Assembly (NCBI GenBank): GCA_963804995.1
Contig: CAWDSK010000003.1
Coordinates: 1,248,001 to 1,312,000, forward strand
Length of the DNA stretch: 64,000 nt
Reading direction: 5' to 3'
Origin: an uncultured Acidobacteriota bacterium
GTDB taxonomy: Bacteria > Acidobacteriota > Terriglobia > UBA7540
Positions 20,728 to 32,200 of the stretch are shown piece after piece; position 1 is the stretch's first letter; each line of letters begins with the position of its first letter. The position numbers and the translations under genes were made by a program. A model generated the notes under the pieces. That model searched no databases, was not told where the DNA came from, and was given only the letters and a program-made list of their open reading frames with translations.

Positions 20728-21738
20728 ATGGTATTTGAAGAACTTCGCATCCGCAACGTAGCCCTCCGGCCCGCACACATCCTGGCGCCCATGGCGGGAA
20801 TCACCGACACAGTTTTCCGCCGCTTCATCAAGCGTCTGGGCGGCTGCGGCCTGATCATGACTGAGTTTGTTTCGAGTGAAGGCATGCTGCGCAGGAATTT
20901 CCGCTCCCAGCGCTACCTCTACTACACCGAGGAAGAGCGGCCCATCAGCGCGCAGATCTTCGGCGCCGATCCCGGTCATATGGCGGACGCGGCCCGCCAA
21001 ATCGAAGATCTGGGATTCGACCTCGTGGACCTGAACCTGGGTTGCCCGGCCAAAAAAGTGGTGAAGTGTGGCGGCTCCGGACTGTTGCGCGACCTGCCGC
21101 TTTTAGAGAAGATCCTGTGCGCGATCCGCTCCGCCGTAACGATTCCTTTCACCATCAAATTCCGCTCTGGTTGGAGCGACGAGGAGATCGTTGCCGTGGC
21201 CCTGGCGCGTCTGGCCGAGGACTGCGGTGTGGAAGCCCTGGCGGTACATCCGCGCACGCGCCTGCAAGGGTACAGCGGGCGGGCGCGATGGGAAATCATC
21301 CAGCAGGTCAAGCAAGCCGTGCGTATTCCGGTAATCGGGAACGGCAACGTCGTTAAACCCCAGGACGCGCTGGCGCTGCGTGAGCAGACCGGATGCGACG
21401 CGGTGATGATCGGGCGCGCCGCGGCCTCGAACCCCTGGATATTTCGACAGCTCTCTGAGTTCTTCAAAACTGGCGCCTGCCGTGAACCGGCTGACGCAGA
21501 CCGCTACGAGCTGATACGCACCTACTATGCGATGCTCGTGACGGAAGAAATCCCCGGGGCGCTCGGCAAGATGAAGCAGTTCGCGAGCTGGTTCACGCAC
21601 GGGGTACGTAACGGAACGGAGTTGCGGCGGCAGGTGCAAAGCGCGCGCGAAACCCACGAGGTCCTGGATCGCGTCAACGTCTTCTTCGCCGCGCTTGGCG
21701 CGAACCCCGGCAGAACGGAAGCTCCGGTCGCCGTCTGA
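20728..21738 (+). CDS. dusB: tRNA-dihydrouridine synthase B
   Basis: LAPMAGITD, DLNLGCPAKKV, AVHPRT, PVIGNG, VMIGRA..NPWIF. Confidence 0.92.
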   Translation: MVFEELRIRNVALRPAHILAPMAGITDTVFRRFIKRLGGCGLIMTEFVSSEGMLRRNFRSQRYLYYTEEERPISAQIFGADPGHMADAARQIEDLGFDLVDLNLGCPAKKVVKCGGSGLLRDLPLLEKILCAIRSAVTIPFTIKFRSGWSDEEIVAVALARLAEDCGVEALAVHPRTRLQGYSGRARWEIIQQVKQAVRIPVIGNGNVVKPQDALALREQTGCDAVMIGRAAASNPWIFRQLSEFFKTGACREPADADRYELIRTYYAMLVTEEIPGALGKMKQFASWFTHGVRNGTELRRQVQSARETHEVLDRVNVFFAALGANPGRTEAPVAV

Positions 21739-21854
21739 AACAACGACCGAAACTCGAAAATCGATCTTCGAACCTCGTCTTTCATACACCTTGAGCCACT
21801 GTCGATTCTCAAGGTTCGAATTTCGAATTTCGCTCCGGGAGGAAGGTGGTGGTG

Positions 21855-22202
21855 ATGGAACCCTCCGAAACAAATAAGCGGAGTCAACACAGGGTGGAAA
21901 CGACCATCCCCATCCAGGTACGGGGTGTAGACACGGCTGGACTGGAATTTGATGACTCCACCAATGCGGTGGAAGTGAGCCGGCGAGGCCTTTCCTTCCT
22001 GACCAAGCGTGAGCTGGCGATTTTCGCCGTCCTTACCGTAACCATACCTGGCCGCGGCCCCATGCGGCCGGGAGAAGGCGCCAGCGATTTCTTTACGGAG
22101 GCCACCGTGGTCCGTTCCGTAAAGGAAAACGAAGAACACTTCCGCGTAGGAGTCCGCTTCATGGGAGCGACCCTCCCCATGTATAGCGCCGAGACGATCT
22201 GA
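21855..22202 (+). CDS. PilZ-like domain protein
   Basis: KRSQHR (RxxxR) and EVSRRG (D/NxSxxG-like); ends VGVRF. Confidence 0.7.
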   Translation: MEPSETNKRSQHRVETTIPIQVRGVDTAGLEFDDSTNAVEVSRRGLSFLTKRELAIFAVLTVTIPGRGPMRPGEGASDFFTEATVVRSVKENEEHFRVGVRFMGATLPMYSAETI

Positions 22203-22289
22203 CGTGGGTGCAAGGCCCTCCGTGCGCGCCTGCCAGCGCAAAGTCCTCGCCCCAAGCGTTATCTACCTGTTTGATTGGCAATCCCGGGG

Positions 22290-23189
22290 CTAGGGCTTGC
22301 GGGGTTTATCCATTTGCAACTGGCGGTAGGCTTCGCTTCGAGGGATTCCCCGGGCTCGGGCTACGGCTTTCAAGGCGGCTCGCTCATCGAGCTTGCGCTC
22401 CGCCATCGCCTTTTCGATTTCAGCGCGGATGGAAGCCACGGGTGCAGGATTTTCTGAGTCGGCGGGTGAAGCCGGCGCGCCAATCAAGACGGTAATCTCG
22501 CCTTTTGCCGGCCGGCGCTTGAGGTACTCCAGGGTGCTGGAGATGGTCCCGCGCATAAACTCTTCGTGGACCTTCGTCACTTCCCGGGCAACCACCAATT
22601 CCCGGTCGCCGAGGATTTCCCGGACATCTTTCAACATCTCGGCCAGCCGGTGCGGCGCTTCGTAGAAGATCAGGGTTCTGCTGGCCGGTATCAAATCTTC
22701 CAGGGCTTTCCTCCGTTCGCCCTTCTTACTGGGCAAGAAGCCCAGGAAGCGGAATTTATCCACCGGCATCCCAGAAGCTGCCAGCGCGGCCACGAAAGCC
22801 GAGGCCCCGGGGACAGGAATCACCGGAATGCTGTGGCGGACCGCCAAGTGCACCAGCCGAAAGCCGGGGTCAGACACGACGGGCATGCCGGCGTCGGTAA
22901 CCAGGGCGATGCTGCTGCCCTCCTCCATCTCAATGACCAGTTCCGGGGCGCGGGTCATTTCATTGTGTTCGTGGTAACTGATAGTGCGCGTCTGAATCTT
23001 GTAGGCGTTCAGGAGCTTCTGCGTGCGGCGCGTGTCTTCGCAGGCAATAAGGTTAACTTCCTTGAGAATACGAATCGCACGCAATGTAATATCTTCCAGG
23101 TTTCCAATCGGCGTGCCCACGACGTAGAGCCTGCCGTGGTTGCCGTTGGAGGGCTCCAGCGGATCGAGAAAACTAGCTTTTCCTGCCAT
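22290..23189 (-). CDS. rsmI: 16S rRNA (cytidine1402-2'-O)-methyltransferase
   Basis: LYVVGTPIGNLEDIT, ACEDTRRT, DAGMPVVSDPG, FYEAPHR, AREVTKVHEE. Confidence 0.95.
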   Translation of the reverse strand: MAGKASFLDPLEPSNGNHGRLYVVGTPIGNLEDITLRAIRILKEVNLIACEDTRRTQKLLNAYKIQTRTISYHEHNEMTRAPELVIEMEEGSSIALVTDAGMPVVSDPGFRLVHLAVRHSIPVIPVPGASAFVAALAASGMPVDKFRFLGFLPSKKGERRKALEDLIPASRTLIFYEAPHRLAEMLKDVREILGDRELVVAREVTKVHEEFMRGTISSTLEYLKRRPAKGEITVLIGAPASPADSENPAPVASIRAEIEKAMAERKLDERAALKAVARARGIPRSEAYRQLQMDKPRKP

Positions 23190-23596
23190 AGAGGACACAA
23201 CCATCCGTGAATCGAATTTACAGCGAAGCAACAGTTTACCAAGTCGGCGCTTGCTTCTCAACAAAGTAAAGTCAGGGGTGGGATTAAAGAACCGGAGCTT
23301 GATCCCTCTCTTAAGACCCTGCAGCACCTCTCTGGGTTCAGCCTGTCGGAGAATCAGTGGGCGCCGCGGCGACAAGTATGCCCGGCGTCAATCGGCGTGC
23401 CGCGTCCATTAGAAAGGGCCACTTTGGATATTACCTGCAACCTCCGGCTGTGGTAGAATAAAAGAATCGGCAGCGGGCGCGCATTTGAGTCCAGGCCGGA
23501 TGCAACCCTGTTGCAACGTCCGCCATCAGTCTAGAGGGTACAGCGAAAACACAGGCTGGGGCCGCACGCAGGCCCGAGGAATGGGAAAAAATCCTA

Positions 23597-24883
23597 ATGT
23601 CGACCAGCGATCTCCAGGTTGAAGTTGGCCCGGCCAAGATTCCTGCCAAGCACGCGCCCGCTTCTACAGACACCTTCAAGGTTACTTTGGTTGAGACGCC
23701 GACGGTTTTTGTTTCGGCGTTCCGGCAAATTCGTGACTGGATGCGCGAACCCAAGGTGACGGTGCCGGCGCAATACTACCGCGGCAAGGCGACCCTGCCT
23801 GCCACCGACTTGCGCCCCTGGTTCATGGATATTTCCAGCCAGCTCAAGGTCGCTTTCGAAAAGCCTGGCGACCCGATTGGCCTCTACAATTACGCGCAGG
23901 ATAGGAAGCGCGCGCTTTGTGCCGTCTTCTCCGCCGTTGCCCTGGCGGCAGGTGGCTGGTTCTGGGGAGGCAACGTCGGATTGCTGCTCGGTGCGCTGGC
24001 GGGATTCGCGATAGGGGAACTGGTAGGCGGGCTGTCTTTTAAGAAGCGTGATTACCCGCCCGACATCTGGCGCGATTATCGCATGCAGGCAGCCTCCTGG
24101 GTCAATTCCGCCCTGGTCCACACCGTGGCTTTGACCTTGCTCGTGTTGCCTTACATCGCCAGCCGCATGTTGCAGCCCCCCAAGGCTTCCGCGAAATACG
24201 GGGTCGTGGATATTTCCCCCTACCTCGCGCAGTTGCCTCCTGACGTGGCAGGCAAGAAAGCCGGGGGCGGAGGCGGAGGCGGCGATCGCTCTCCCACGCC
24301 CGCTTCCAAAGGCGCGATCCCCAAGTTCGCCAGGCAACAATTGGCGCCGCCTATGGCGGTCATTCCCAACCTCAATCCGCAATTGCAGGTTAACCCCACG
24401 CTGCTCGGCCCCCCCGAGCTGAAGCTCCCCGCCATGGCGGCGAATATGCCCTGGGGTGACCCGCAAGGCGTAGTGGGCCCGCCCTCGAATGGGCCGGGCT
24501 TCGGTGGCGGCATTGGAAGCGGTGAGGGCACCGGCATCGGCTCCGGCAAAGGCCCTGGCCTCGGGCCCGGCGAAGGTGGTGGCGTGGGTGGCGGAGTCTA
24601 CAGCGTGGGCGGCAACGTCAGCGCACCCGTCGCTATCTACAAACCCGAACCGGCTTACTCGGAGGAAGCCCGTAAGGCCAAGTACCAGGGCACGGTGGTC
24701 CTCTGGATCATTGTCGATGCGGTCGGGAACGTAACGGATTGTCGCGTGGTAAAGCCGTTGGGTATGGGCCTGGATGAAAAGGCCGTGGAAACTGTCAAGA
24801 CCTGGAAGTTCAAACCTGCCACACGCAACGGCACGCCGGTGCCGGTGCATGTCAGCGTGGAAGTAAGCTTCCGATTGTTCTAA
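23597..24883 (+). CDS. Energy transducer TonB family protein
   Basis: TM segments, Gly/Pro-rich linker, C-terminal PEPAYSEEARKAKYQGTV..GLDEKAVETVKTWKFKPA..NGTPV. Confidence 0.9.
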   Translation: MSTSDLQVEVGPAKIPAKHAPASTDTFKVTLVETPTVFVSAFRQIRDWMREPKVTVPAQYYRGKATLPATDLRPWFMDISSQLKVAFEKPGDPIGLYNYAQDRKRALCAVFSAVALAAGGWFWGGNVGLLLGALAGFAIGELVGGLSFKKRDYPPDIWRDYRMQAASWVNSALVHTVALTLLVLPYIASRMLQPPKASAKYGVVDISPYLAQLPPDVAGKKAGGGGGGGDRSPTPASKGAIPKFARQQLAPPMAVIPNLNPQLQVNPTLLGPPELKLPAMAANMPWGDPQGVVGPPSNGPGFGGGIGSGEGTGIGSGKGPGLGPGEGGGVGGGVYSVGGNVSAPVAIYKPEPAYSEEARKAKYQGTVVLWIIVDAVGNVTDCRVVKPLGMGLDEKAVETVKTWKFKPATRNGTPVPVHVSVEVSFRLF

Positions 24884-24982
24884 GCACCCCACCTCTCGCC
24901 CGGGCAAGGAGCGTCACGGCGCTTCGAAAAGAAGCCTTGACAAGCGAGTGCCCGGCCAATTAATTCTATCAGTGCGCCCCAC

Positions 24983-25056
24983 TGGGAGGTCGTCTAACGG
25001 TAGGACTGCAGACTCTGGATCTGCGTATCGGGGTTCGAATCCCTGCCTCCCAGCCA
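24983..25056 (+). tRNA. tRNA-Gln (anticodon CTG)
   Basis: TGGGAGG...CCTCCCA acceptor stem, GCAGA-CTCTGGA-TCTGC anticodon arm, GGTTCGAATCC T loop, encoded CCA; TTGACA ~45 nt upstream. Confidence 0.96.
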
Positions 25057-25367
25057 ACCTTTTCAATAAGTTAGCCCTTGTTTCGTACAACTGCTTTTGA
25101 GTCTCCGTATGGGGATTCGGATCCACCACCTCCCAACTCGCGTTTTCAATCAGTTAGGACTTGCCTTCCGCAACTGCTTCTGAAACGCAGCACATTTGGC
25201 AACAATAAGCCGTCAACCTGCGCCATGGCTATGATGTTGGCCGAGTTGGGACACCTGAGTTGTCACTGACTTCCCCCTCAGTACTATCCCCTCAAATCCC
25301 CATTAGACCTGAATTCCGAAGTTGGACTTCGATTCTACCCTCCTAAGTGAAGCCGGAAGACAGCGGT

Positions 25368-26345
25368 TTAGGTGCTGGCGAGCGGTTGAAATTCTAACTT
25401 CGGCGAAGTTGGAATTTCATAGTGCAAGAGTTTATCGAACAGCGCGTTACGCTCATCGAGTCCTCCCCACGCCGCCGACAGGTGGAGGACGGTTCGGCGG
25501 CCGGCACGCCCCAGAATGGCCCCGCACAGAAACACTTGCATGCGCAGGGTGGCAGGCTGTCAATAGCCGCTCATGCCGCTGGCGCGCTGGAATTCTCCGA
25601 GCAGGTTGAACAGCATCAGAATGCCCAGAAAGGCCGCCTCGGTGGCAAAGAACTCGCGCAGGCAAAAATCATCCGCGGCTAAGTCCGACTTCAACTCCTC
25701 AATGCGTTGCTCGATACACGCGCGCTGGTTGTAGTCGCGCCAGATCTCCTCCGGCGCCTCCGCTCGATTGGTCACGAACACCCGAAAGGTGTTACCGGGA
25801 ACTTCCAACAGCTTCCGCCCCAGCCAGCGCTTCGTCTCGCGCAATTGCTCCCGCACCACCACAAAGCGTCGCTCCCGATCCCACCCCAAGAGCTTCAACC
25901 GGAACTCGCCCACCGCGTAGGTCTCGTCCAGGGCCCGCCACATTTGCACCCGCGCCGCCTCCCGCTTCAGCCACTTCGTCAGCCGGGCCACCACGATGTA
26001 GTGCAGCTCCAAACCCTCCAGGTATTGCAACAACTCTTGCGCGAAGAACCCGGAGTCGGCACGGACCACCCGAATCCATTCCCGGCTTTCCAGTTTCGCC
26101 CATGCTTCCTTCAGAGACTTCACCACCCCGCTGTCGGAGCGCGTGTTCCCGCTCCGCAGCCAGCCGTGCAAAATGAAGCCCGCTTCTCCCAACACCGCCA
26201 GCAGCGGATGGTGCGAAGCCCGCCCGTGTTTGTGCGGGTTGTACCCTCGCTTCACTCCCTCCTGTTCCCCGTAGCGCTCGAACACCGTTCGAGTCCAGGT
26301 CCAGACTGTAACCGCCCGTACGTTTCGGCACCCTGGCCAATTGCC
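25368..26345 (-). pseudogene. IS1380-family transposase remnant
   Basis: YSLDLDS / VFERYGEQEG..GYNP..HPLLA, VRADSGFF, YNQRACIEQRIEELK; 5' truncated, frameshift near 26289, in-frame TGA at 25560. Confidence 0.85.
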
Positions 26346-26404
26346 ACGCCCACAGGGCAGGAGGCGTGCCAACTCCAAAGCATCGGATGATTTGTGCCCT
26401 CTCC

Positions 26405-27100
26405 CTATTCCTTGGCTTCCGGACTCACCCCGTCGCATGGTTGGACATGCCAGATCTCGGAGGCGTATTCCTTGATGGTGCGGTCGGCGGAGAACTTTCC
26501 CGCCCGCGCCACATTCAGGATCGCCTTGCGGTCCCAGGCCTCCACATCGCGATAGGCGGCATCGACGCGTTCCTGGGTTTGAATGTAATCCCGCAGGTCG
26601 GCGAGCAGCATGTAATGGTCGCCACCATCCAGAAGGGAGTGCACCAGGGGTCTGAAGATGCCGGGTTCCAACATGCTGAAGAAATCCTGATCGATCAGGC
26701 TAAGCGCTTGCCGAACCTCCGGGTCGCTGTTGTAGATATCCCAGGGATTGTAGGAGGCGCGCCGTGGCTCGACCTCCGCCGCCTTCAAACCGAAGATGAA
26801 GATATTCTCTTCCCCCACCTCTTCCAGGATTTCTACATTCGCCCCATCGAGGGTTCCAATCGTGACCGCCCCATTGAGTTGCATCTTCATGTTGCCGGTC
26901 CCGGAGGCTTCGGTTCCGGCCAAAGAGATTTGTTCGCTCAGATCCGCCGCCGGGATGATCCTCTCCGCCAAGGACACCCGATAATTCGGCAGGAACACGA
27001 CCTTCATTCTTTCGCAAATCTGCGGGTCCCGGTTGATGATCTCCGCAACTTGGTGGATCAGCTTGATAATCAGCTTGGCCATCATGTATCCGGGTGCAGG
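26405..27100 (-). pseudogene. glgP: Glycogen/starch phosphorylase C-terminal fragment
   Basis: [53 protein letters not shown]; most of the N-terminal part is absent. Confidence 0.9.
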
Positions 27101-27191
27101 GAATACCCTTCGACCCCACCTTTACGGTAGGACAGGCTATTACCATTGCGGCGAGTCCTGACGGGAAGGCCCCTCTTTTCTGGACGGACTC

Positions 27192-28022
27192 TCAGGGTCT
27201 TTCGCCGCGCGCCAGGCGTTCATTGATTTCGGTGATAACGGCGGGCAACTGTCTGACTTCCGGAATGACAAAGTGCGCGCCCGCCTGGAGCAGTCGGTCC
27301 GAAGCGGCGTTAAGCCGGGATGTCAACTCGTGCGCCGGCAGTGCCTCCACCTCGGCCTCGGAGAGTCCGAGTTCGTTGCCGGTTTTAGTGATGCCCACGG
27401 TCCACATGCCGGCGTTCAGTCCCTCGGCAATGTCCACGAGCGTATCTCCCACCTTGACGCACGCCTGCATGGGGTAAACACCAAGCTGCATCGCCGACGT
27501 CATTGCCATCCAGGGCGCGGGGCGGCCGGCGGGGACTTCGTCGGCGCACACGTTGGATTCCGGCGAAAAACCTGCAGCGGCGGCTTGCACCAACAGGGAG
27601 GCCATCATGGCACGGGTATATCCGGTGGTGGCGCCGAAAACGATGCCCTGCTGGCGCAGATACTCGACAGCGTGAGCCACGCCGGGGATGACATCCGCGT
27701 GGTGACCGATGACCTCCGCCTGCAAAGGGATGAATTCGCGAAAGAGCGCCTCGATGTCTTCCGCCGAGGCAACGCGGCCGATTCGTTGCTCCCACTGCTG
27801 GGCCACCGGTTCCATGGCCAGGATCAGGCGGACGTGGTCCTTCTTGTACGAGCCCATAGGTTTCCGCGCCTGTTCCGCGGTAACTGTCACACCATGGCGG
27901 CGGAAGAGCTCAATAAAGGCATCCACCGGAGCCCTGCTGCCATAGTCGACCGTGGTCCCTGCCCAGTCAAAGATAACGGCGCGCACCGGGCCTTGATAAT
28001 GCGAGTGATTCTCAGATGGCAT
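27192..28022 (-). CDS. phnX: Phosphonoacetaldehyde hydrolase (phosphonatase)
   Basis: VIFDWAGTTVDYGS, PMGSYKKDH (Schiff-base Lys region), GRPAPWM, KVGDTLVDIAEGLNAGMW. Confidence 0.95.
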   Translation of the reverse strand: MPSENHSHYQGPVRAVIFDWAGTTVDYGSRAPVDAFIELFRRHGVTVTAEQARKPMGSYKKDHVRLILAMEPVAQQWEQRIGRVASAEDIEALFREFIPLQAEVIGHHADVIPGVAHAVEYLRQQGIVFGATTGYTRAMMASLLVQAAAAGFSPESNVCADEVPAGRPAPWMAMTSAMQLGVYPMQACVKVGDTLVDIAEGLNAGMWTVGITKTGNELGLSEAEVEALPAHELTSRLNAASDRLLQAGAHFVIPEVRQLPAVITEINERLARGERP

Positions 28023-28024
28023 TC

Positions 28025-29167
28025 CTATGTTCCTCCCGTCGTTCGGTCCCCTGCCCGTGGGGAGCGTGGAGAGTCGATCTGCATGGCTTCCAGTGTCCGG
28101 CGGATGGCCTCCACCAGGGATTGCATGTCGTCCGGAAACAATTGTCCGATGGTCCCGATGCGGAAGCAATTTGCATTGCTGACCTTGCCGGGATAAATCA
28201 CCAACCCCTGTTCGCTCAGCCGTTGATAAAACTGCCGGAAGTCGAAATTCGGGTGGGCGGGATAGAGAAAGGAAGTAATGATGCTGCTCTGGTGCTCAGG
28301 CTCCAGGTAGGCGTCAAATCCCAGCGCGGTCATGCCTGCCAGGAGGGCCTGATGGTTGGCGGCGTAGCGGGCCGCCCGAGCCGTAACTCCACCTTCCGCC
28401 TCGAGGTCTTCCAAAGCTTGCCAGAAGGCAAGGATAACGTGCGTGGGTGGTGTAAAGCGGAATTGTCCGTCCGACTCCAGACCCCTCCACTGAGCCACGA
28501 GGTCGAGGCTGAGACTGCGGGCGCGGCCCTCGGCAGCGATTAAGAGATCGCGCCGGGCAAGCGCAAACCCAAAACCCGGAACCCCCTGGATGCATTTATT
28601 CGCCGAAGAAACCAGAAAGTCGACGCCGCACGCGGCAAGGTCCATGGGCATGCCCCCGAAGCTGCTCATAGCGTCCACAAAGAAGACGCGGCCGCATTCC
28701 TTGACGACCCCGCCAATCTCTGCCAAGGGGTTCAGGATTCCTGTGGTGGTCTCGCAGTGGATAAGCCCGACGTGGGTGATCGCTCCATCGCGCCTCAGCG
28801 CTTGGCGGACGGCGACGGGATCGACGGGGCGCGATTCGGGAAAGACGAGAGTTTCAGTGGCGATGCCCAAGGTCCGCGCGATTTTGGCCATGCGGTGTCC
28901 GTAAGCGCCATTGATCAGGACCAGCAGTTTCCCGTCCCGGGGCAGCACGGAAGAAATGACGGACTCAACCGCGAAGGTGCCGGAGCCCTGCATCAAAACG
29001 GCCGTATAATCGCCGCCCGCAACCTGGCCCAGTTCCAGCAAACGCTGGCGGATTTTCCGCACGACTTCAAGAAATTCCGAGTCCCGTGAACCCAGGTCCC
29101 GCAGCATGGCCCGCTTGACGGCTTCGCTGGTGTTCAAGGGGCCGGGCGTGAAGAGAATTTTTTGCAT
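28025..29167 (-). CDS. phnW: 2-aminoethylphosphonate--pyruvate transaminase
   Basis: [60 protein letters not shown]. Confidence 0.95.
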   Translation of the reverse strand: MQKILFTPGPLNTSEAVKRAMLRDLGSRDSEFLEVVRKIRQRLLELGQVAGGDYTAVLMQGSGTFAVESVISSVLPRDGKLLVLINGAYGHRMAKIARTLGIATETLVFPESRPVDPVAVRQALRRDGAITHVGLIHCETTTGILNPLAEIGGVVKECGRVFFVDAMSSFGGMPMDLAACGVDFLVSSANKCIQGVPGFGFALARRDLLIAAEGRARSLSLDLVAQWRGLESDGQFRFTPPTHVILAFWQALEDLEAEGGVTARAARYAANHQALLAGMTALGFDAYLEPEHQSSIITSFLYPAHPNFDFRQFYQRLSEQGLVIYPGKVSNANCFRIGTIGQLFPDDMQSLVEAIRRTLEAMQIDSPRSPRAGDRTTGGT

Positions 29168-29254
29168 TTCTTATGTTGGATCAATCTCCCAGGTTGAGGG
29201 AAGCGGCGCCGGCGGCCTGAATGCCACCGGCGCCATAGATGCCTCCCCTACGCG

Positions 29255-32200
29255 CTAGAACTGGAAGCGCAGTGACATCTGGATGGTACGCGGCCCAGCC
29301 TGTGAAGTGGCCTGGGCGTTGGAGATGTGCCCGAAGCTGCCGGTGATGTTCATGTTCGGCTCCCCCCAGTTGACGATGTTGAACAGGTTGGAGAATTGCG
29401 CCTCGTACCTAAAAGCGAAGCGCTCGGTAATGTGGAATGTTTTACCGGTCGACATCGAGAAGGTCACCGCCCCCGGTCCCTCCAGAACGCCGACGCCGCA
29501 ATTGCCGAAGCGTCCGATGGGCTCCGCCGTCCCGGCCGCGTCCACAGGATGCGCGGGCACGTTGTAAGCCGCCACGTTGAAGAAGGCTGAGGTGGTGGGA
29601 TTCGAAAGATAACCGCTCCCTCCGCCGCAGTCCGGGCGCTGCACGGCCACCGAACGCTGGCTGGGGTTCGTGCCCGATGAGTCATATACGCTGCTGGGGT
29701 AGTAAGGAGTCTCCCAGAAGCCCGAACGCAGGTAGGTGATTCCGGTCACATTCCAGCCGCCGACTGCGAGGTCAGCGGCACGGCTGGAGTTACCCAAGTA
29801 GGTCTTGCCGCGTCCGAACGGTAGCTCGTAGACAAAGGTGCTGATAAAGGCGTTGCGGGGATCGAAGTAGGCATTTCCGTTGTCTGGAGTGATGTTGTAA
29901 ATGTTGTTGACGTTCGCCCCGTTGTCACCTTGTCCTTTGTAGGGAATGGCCGAATTCGGAGCCGGGCCCAAGACATTGGTCTTGTTTGAAGACAGGGTAT
30001 AGCTGTTGGTGAAGCTCAGCCCGTGCCCGAAGCGCCGATTCAATTCGATGATGAACGCGTCATACCTGGCGCTCGGCCCGTTGTTGCGGGTCAGAACCTC
30101 GGCGAAGTGGGGGAACTTCAGGTTCTGCTGGCGCAGCGCGAGGGTGGCGGTCAGAGCGGCATATCCGTACACGGTGTTGCCGGTCATGGGATCGGTGTAG
30201 GACGCCGTATTCGGCGCCACCTGGTTCAGGTCCGGACTATAGATCAGGTCCACGGTGTGCGAGCCCACATAGCTGAGCCGCAGCAACGTCTGGAAGCCGA
30301 TGTTTTGTTCAAACGCCGCATTCCACTGATAGACTCGCGGATCCTTCAGATCCCACTGGTTGGCGCGGCGATAGCCTGGGAACGAAGTAACGCCGGGCGC
30401 TCCGGAGAAAACGTTGTTGAAATTCAAGATGGGAGTGGCAGGGGTTGGGGTATAGGTCCCATAGTAGCTGGTATCGATGCCCAGCAAGGAATAGAGCACC
30501 GCCCCCAGGACCGGCACTGAGTAAACCCCTGCGGAAGCGCGCACCACGGTTTCACGACGGGGCATCCAAGCGAAGCCCAAGCGTGGTTGGATGTTAGTCC
30601 AATAGGTATTACGCATCCCAGCCCCCAAGCCGACCGCGCTGCCGAGCACAAAAGGAGTGCTGCCGACCGCCTCCTTCCAAAGAGGATTGATATTCTCATT
30701 CGGGTTCACCACCAACTGACCACCCGGAACCTTGTAATTGAAGTTGCCGAGTTGGTTGGTGGCATCCTGGAAGGGGGTGTTGAGCTCGTAGCGGAGGCCT
30801 GCGGTCAAGGTCAAATCGCGCCGGACCTTCCACTCCGTCTGGCCGAAGCCGGAGTAGTGGTATCCATAGGGCTTGCCGTCGGGTCCGTTCTGCGCTTGTA
30901 GTCCGAATGTCACATCCCCTTGGAGCAATTGCGCCACCGAGCAGGCGTCGGGGTAAGTGGAAATCTCCGCCCCGGAACAAGTGTATGCGCCGGTGATGAA
31001 GTAGTCCCCGTATTCGTCGCCGAGGTTAAAGGTGATGTTATCCCGGTAGTTCAGACGCCGGAAATCGAAGCCGAACTTGGAGGTAAAGCGGCCGCGTATC
31101 CAAGTCAGGTTATCCCCCAATTCAAAGACGCCGTTCCCTTCTACGCGCGGATGACCGAATGCGTTCGTTTGGCCGCCCAGCAGGTTCCCGACGTAGAAGA
31201 CGGGCACGCCTCCCAGCCCGTTCTTGGGCGAGCCGGGAAGGCCGGTGATGCCCAGTGACTGAATGATCGAGTCACCCTGCTTCGCCTGCGGATAGGTGTA
31301 ACTGAAGTTCGCGCGCGTCCACCCGCCCCGCAGCTCGTTCATCAGGTCCGGCCGGATGACCCAATTATAGGAGACAGCCAGGTTGGTGGCGTCCAGGGTG
31401 GTGCCGAACGTCCCCATGAGGGGGTTGTAGTTGTTGTCGCTACTGGTGCCCAGCGCGCCGATTGCTGCCGTGGGGTCCGTACCGGTGTCCGTGGGGCTCT
31501 TCTGCGTGATACGGAAATAGATGCGATGGTTAGCATTGAAAACGTGGTCGAGGCGCCCGTCGTAGCCATCCACTGAGTACTTGCCCGGCATGGTCGAGAT
31601 CAAATTGTTGCCGGTCGAGTCGATGTTCGTGCTGCCGTTGGTAGGCGTGGGGAAAAACTGCGGGAGAATCTTGGCAGCCGTCGGATCGATGCTGGTGATT
31701 TTGTTGCCGGCGAAGGGGTGCCCGGTGAGTGGGTTGGTCAGGGTCAGACCCGGAACCCCGGAGAAGTCCCCACTGGCCCATGCCGCGGGGATGGTTTGGG
31801 TGGCGATCAGGGTATTCTCGTTCAAACGCACACCTTCATAATCAAAGTAGAAGAAGGTGTGATCTTTGATGATCGGACCGCCAATGGAGCCACCGTAGGT
31901 GTTGGCGTCCAGCGACGGGTTGTAACTGGCGATCGGGTCCATGGAGTTCCAACTCTTGCGCTGCAGGAACCAGAAGGCGCTGCCGTGAAATTGATTGGTG
32001 CCGCTTTTGGTGACCACGGTCAGGTCCGTGGGCTGCGCGTATTCCGCGTCGTTGCCCGCGGTGTTGACGCGGAATTCCGCGATCCCCTCGACGGACGGAA
32101 ACAGGTCTTTAGTCGGGCCACCATAACGGACCAACTGTATCGAAGTGCCATCCAGAGTGAACGACGTCGCCGTCGGCAACTGGCCGGAGAAGGTCAGGTT

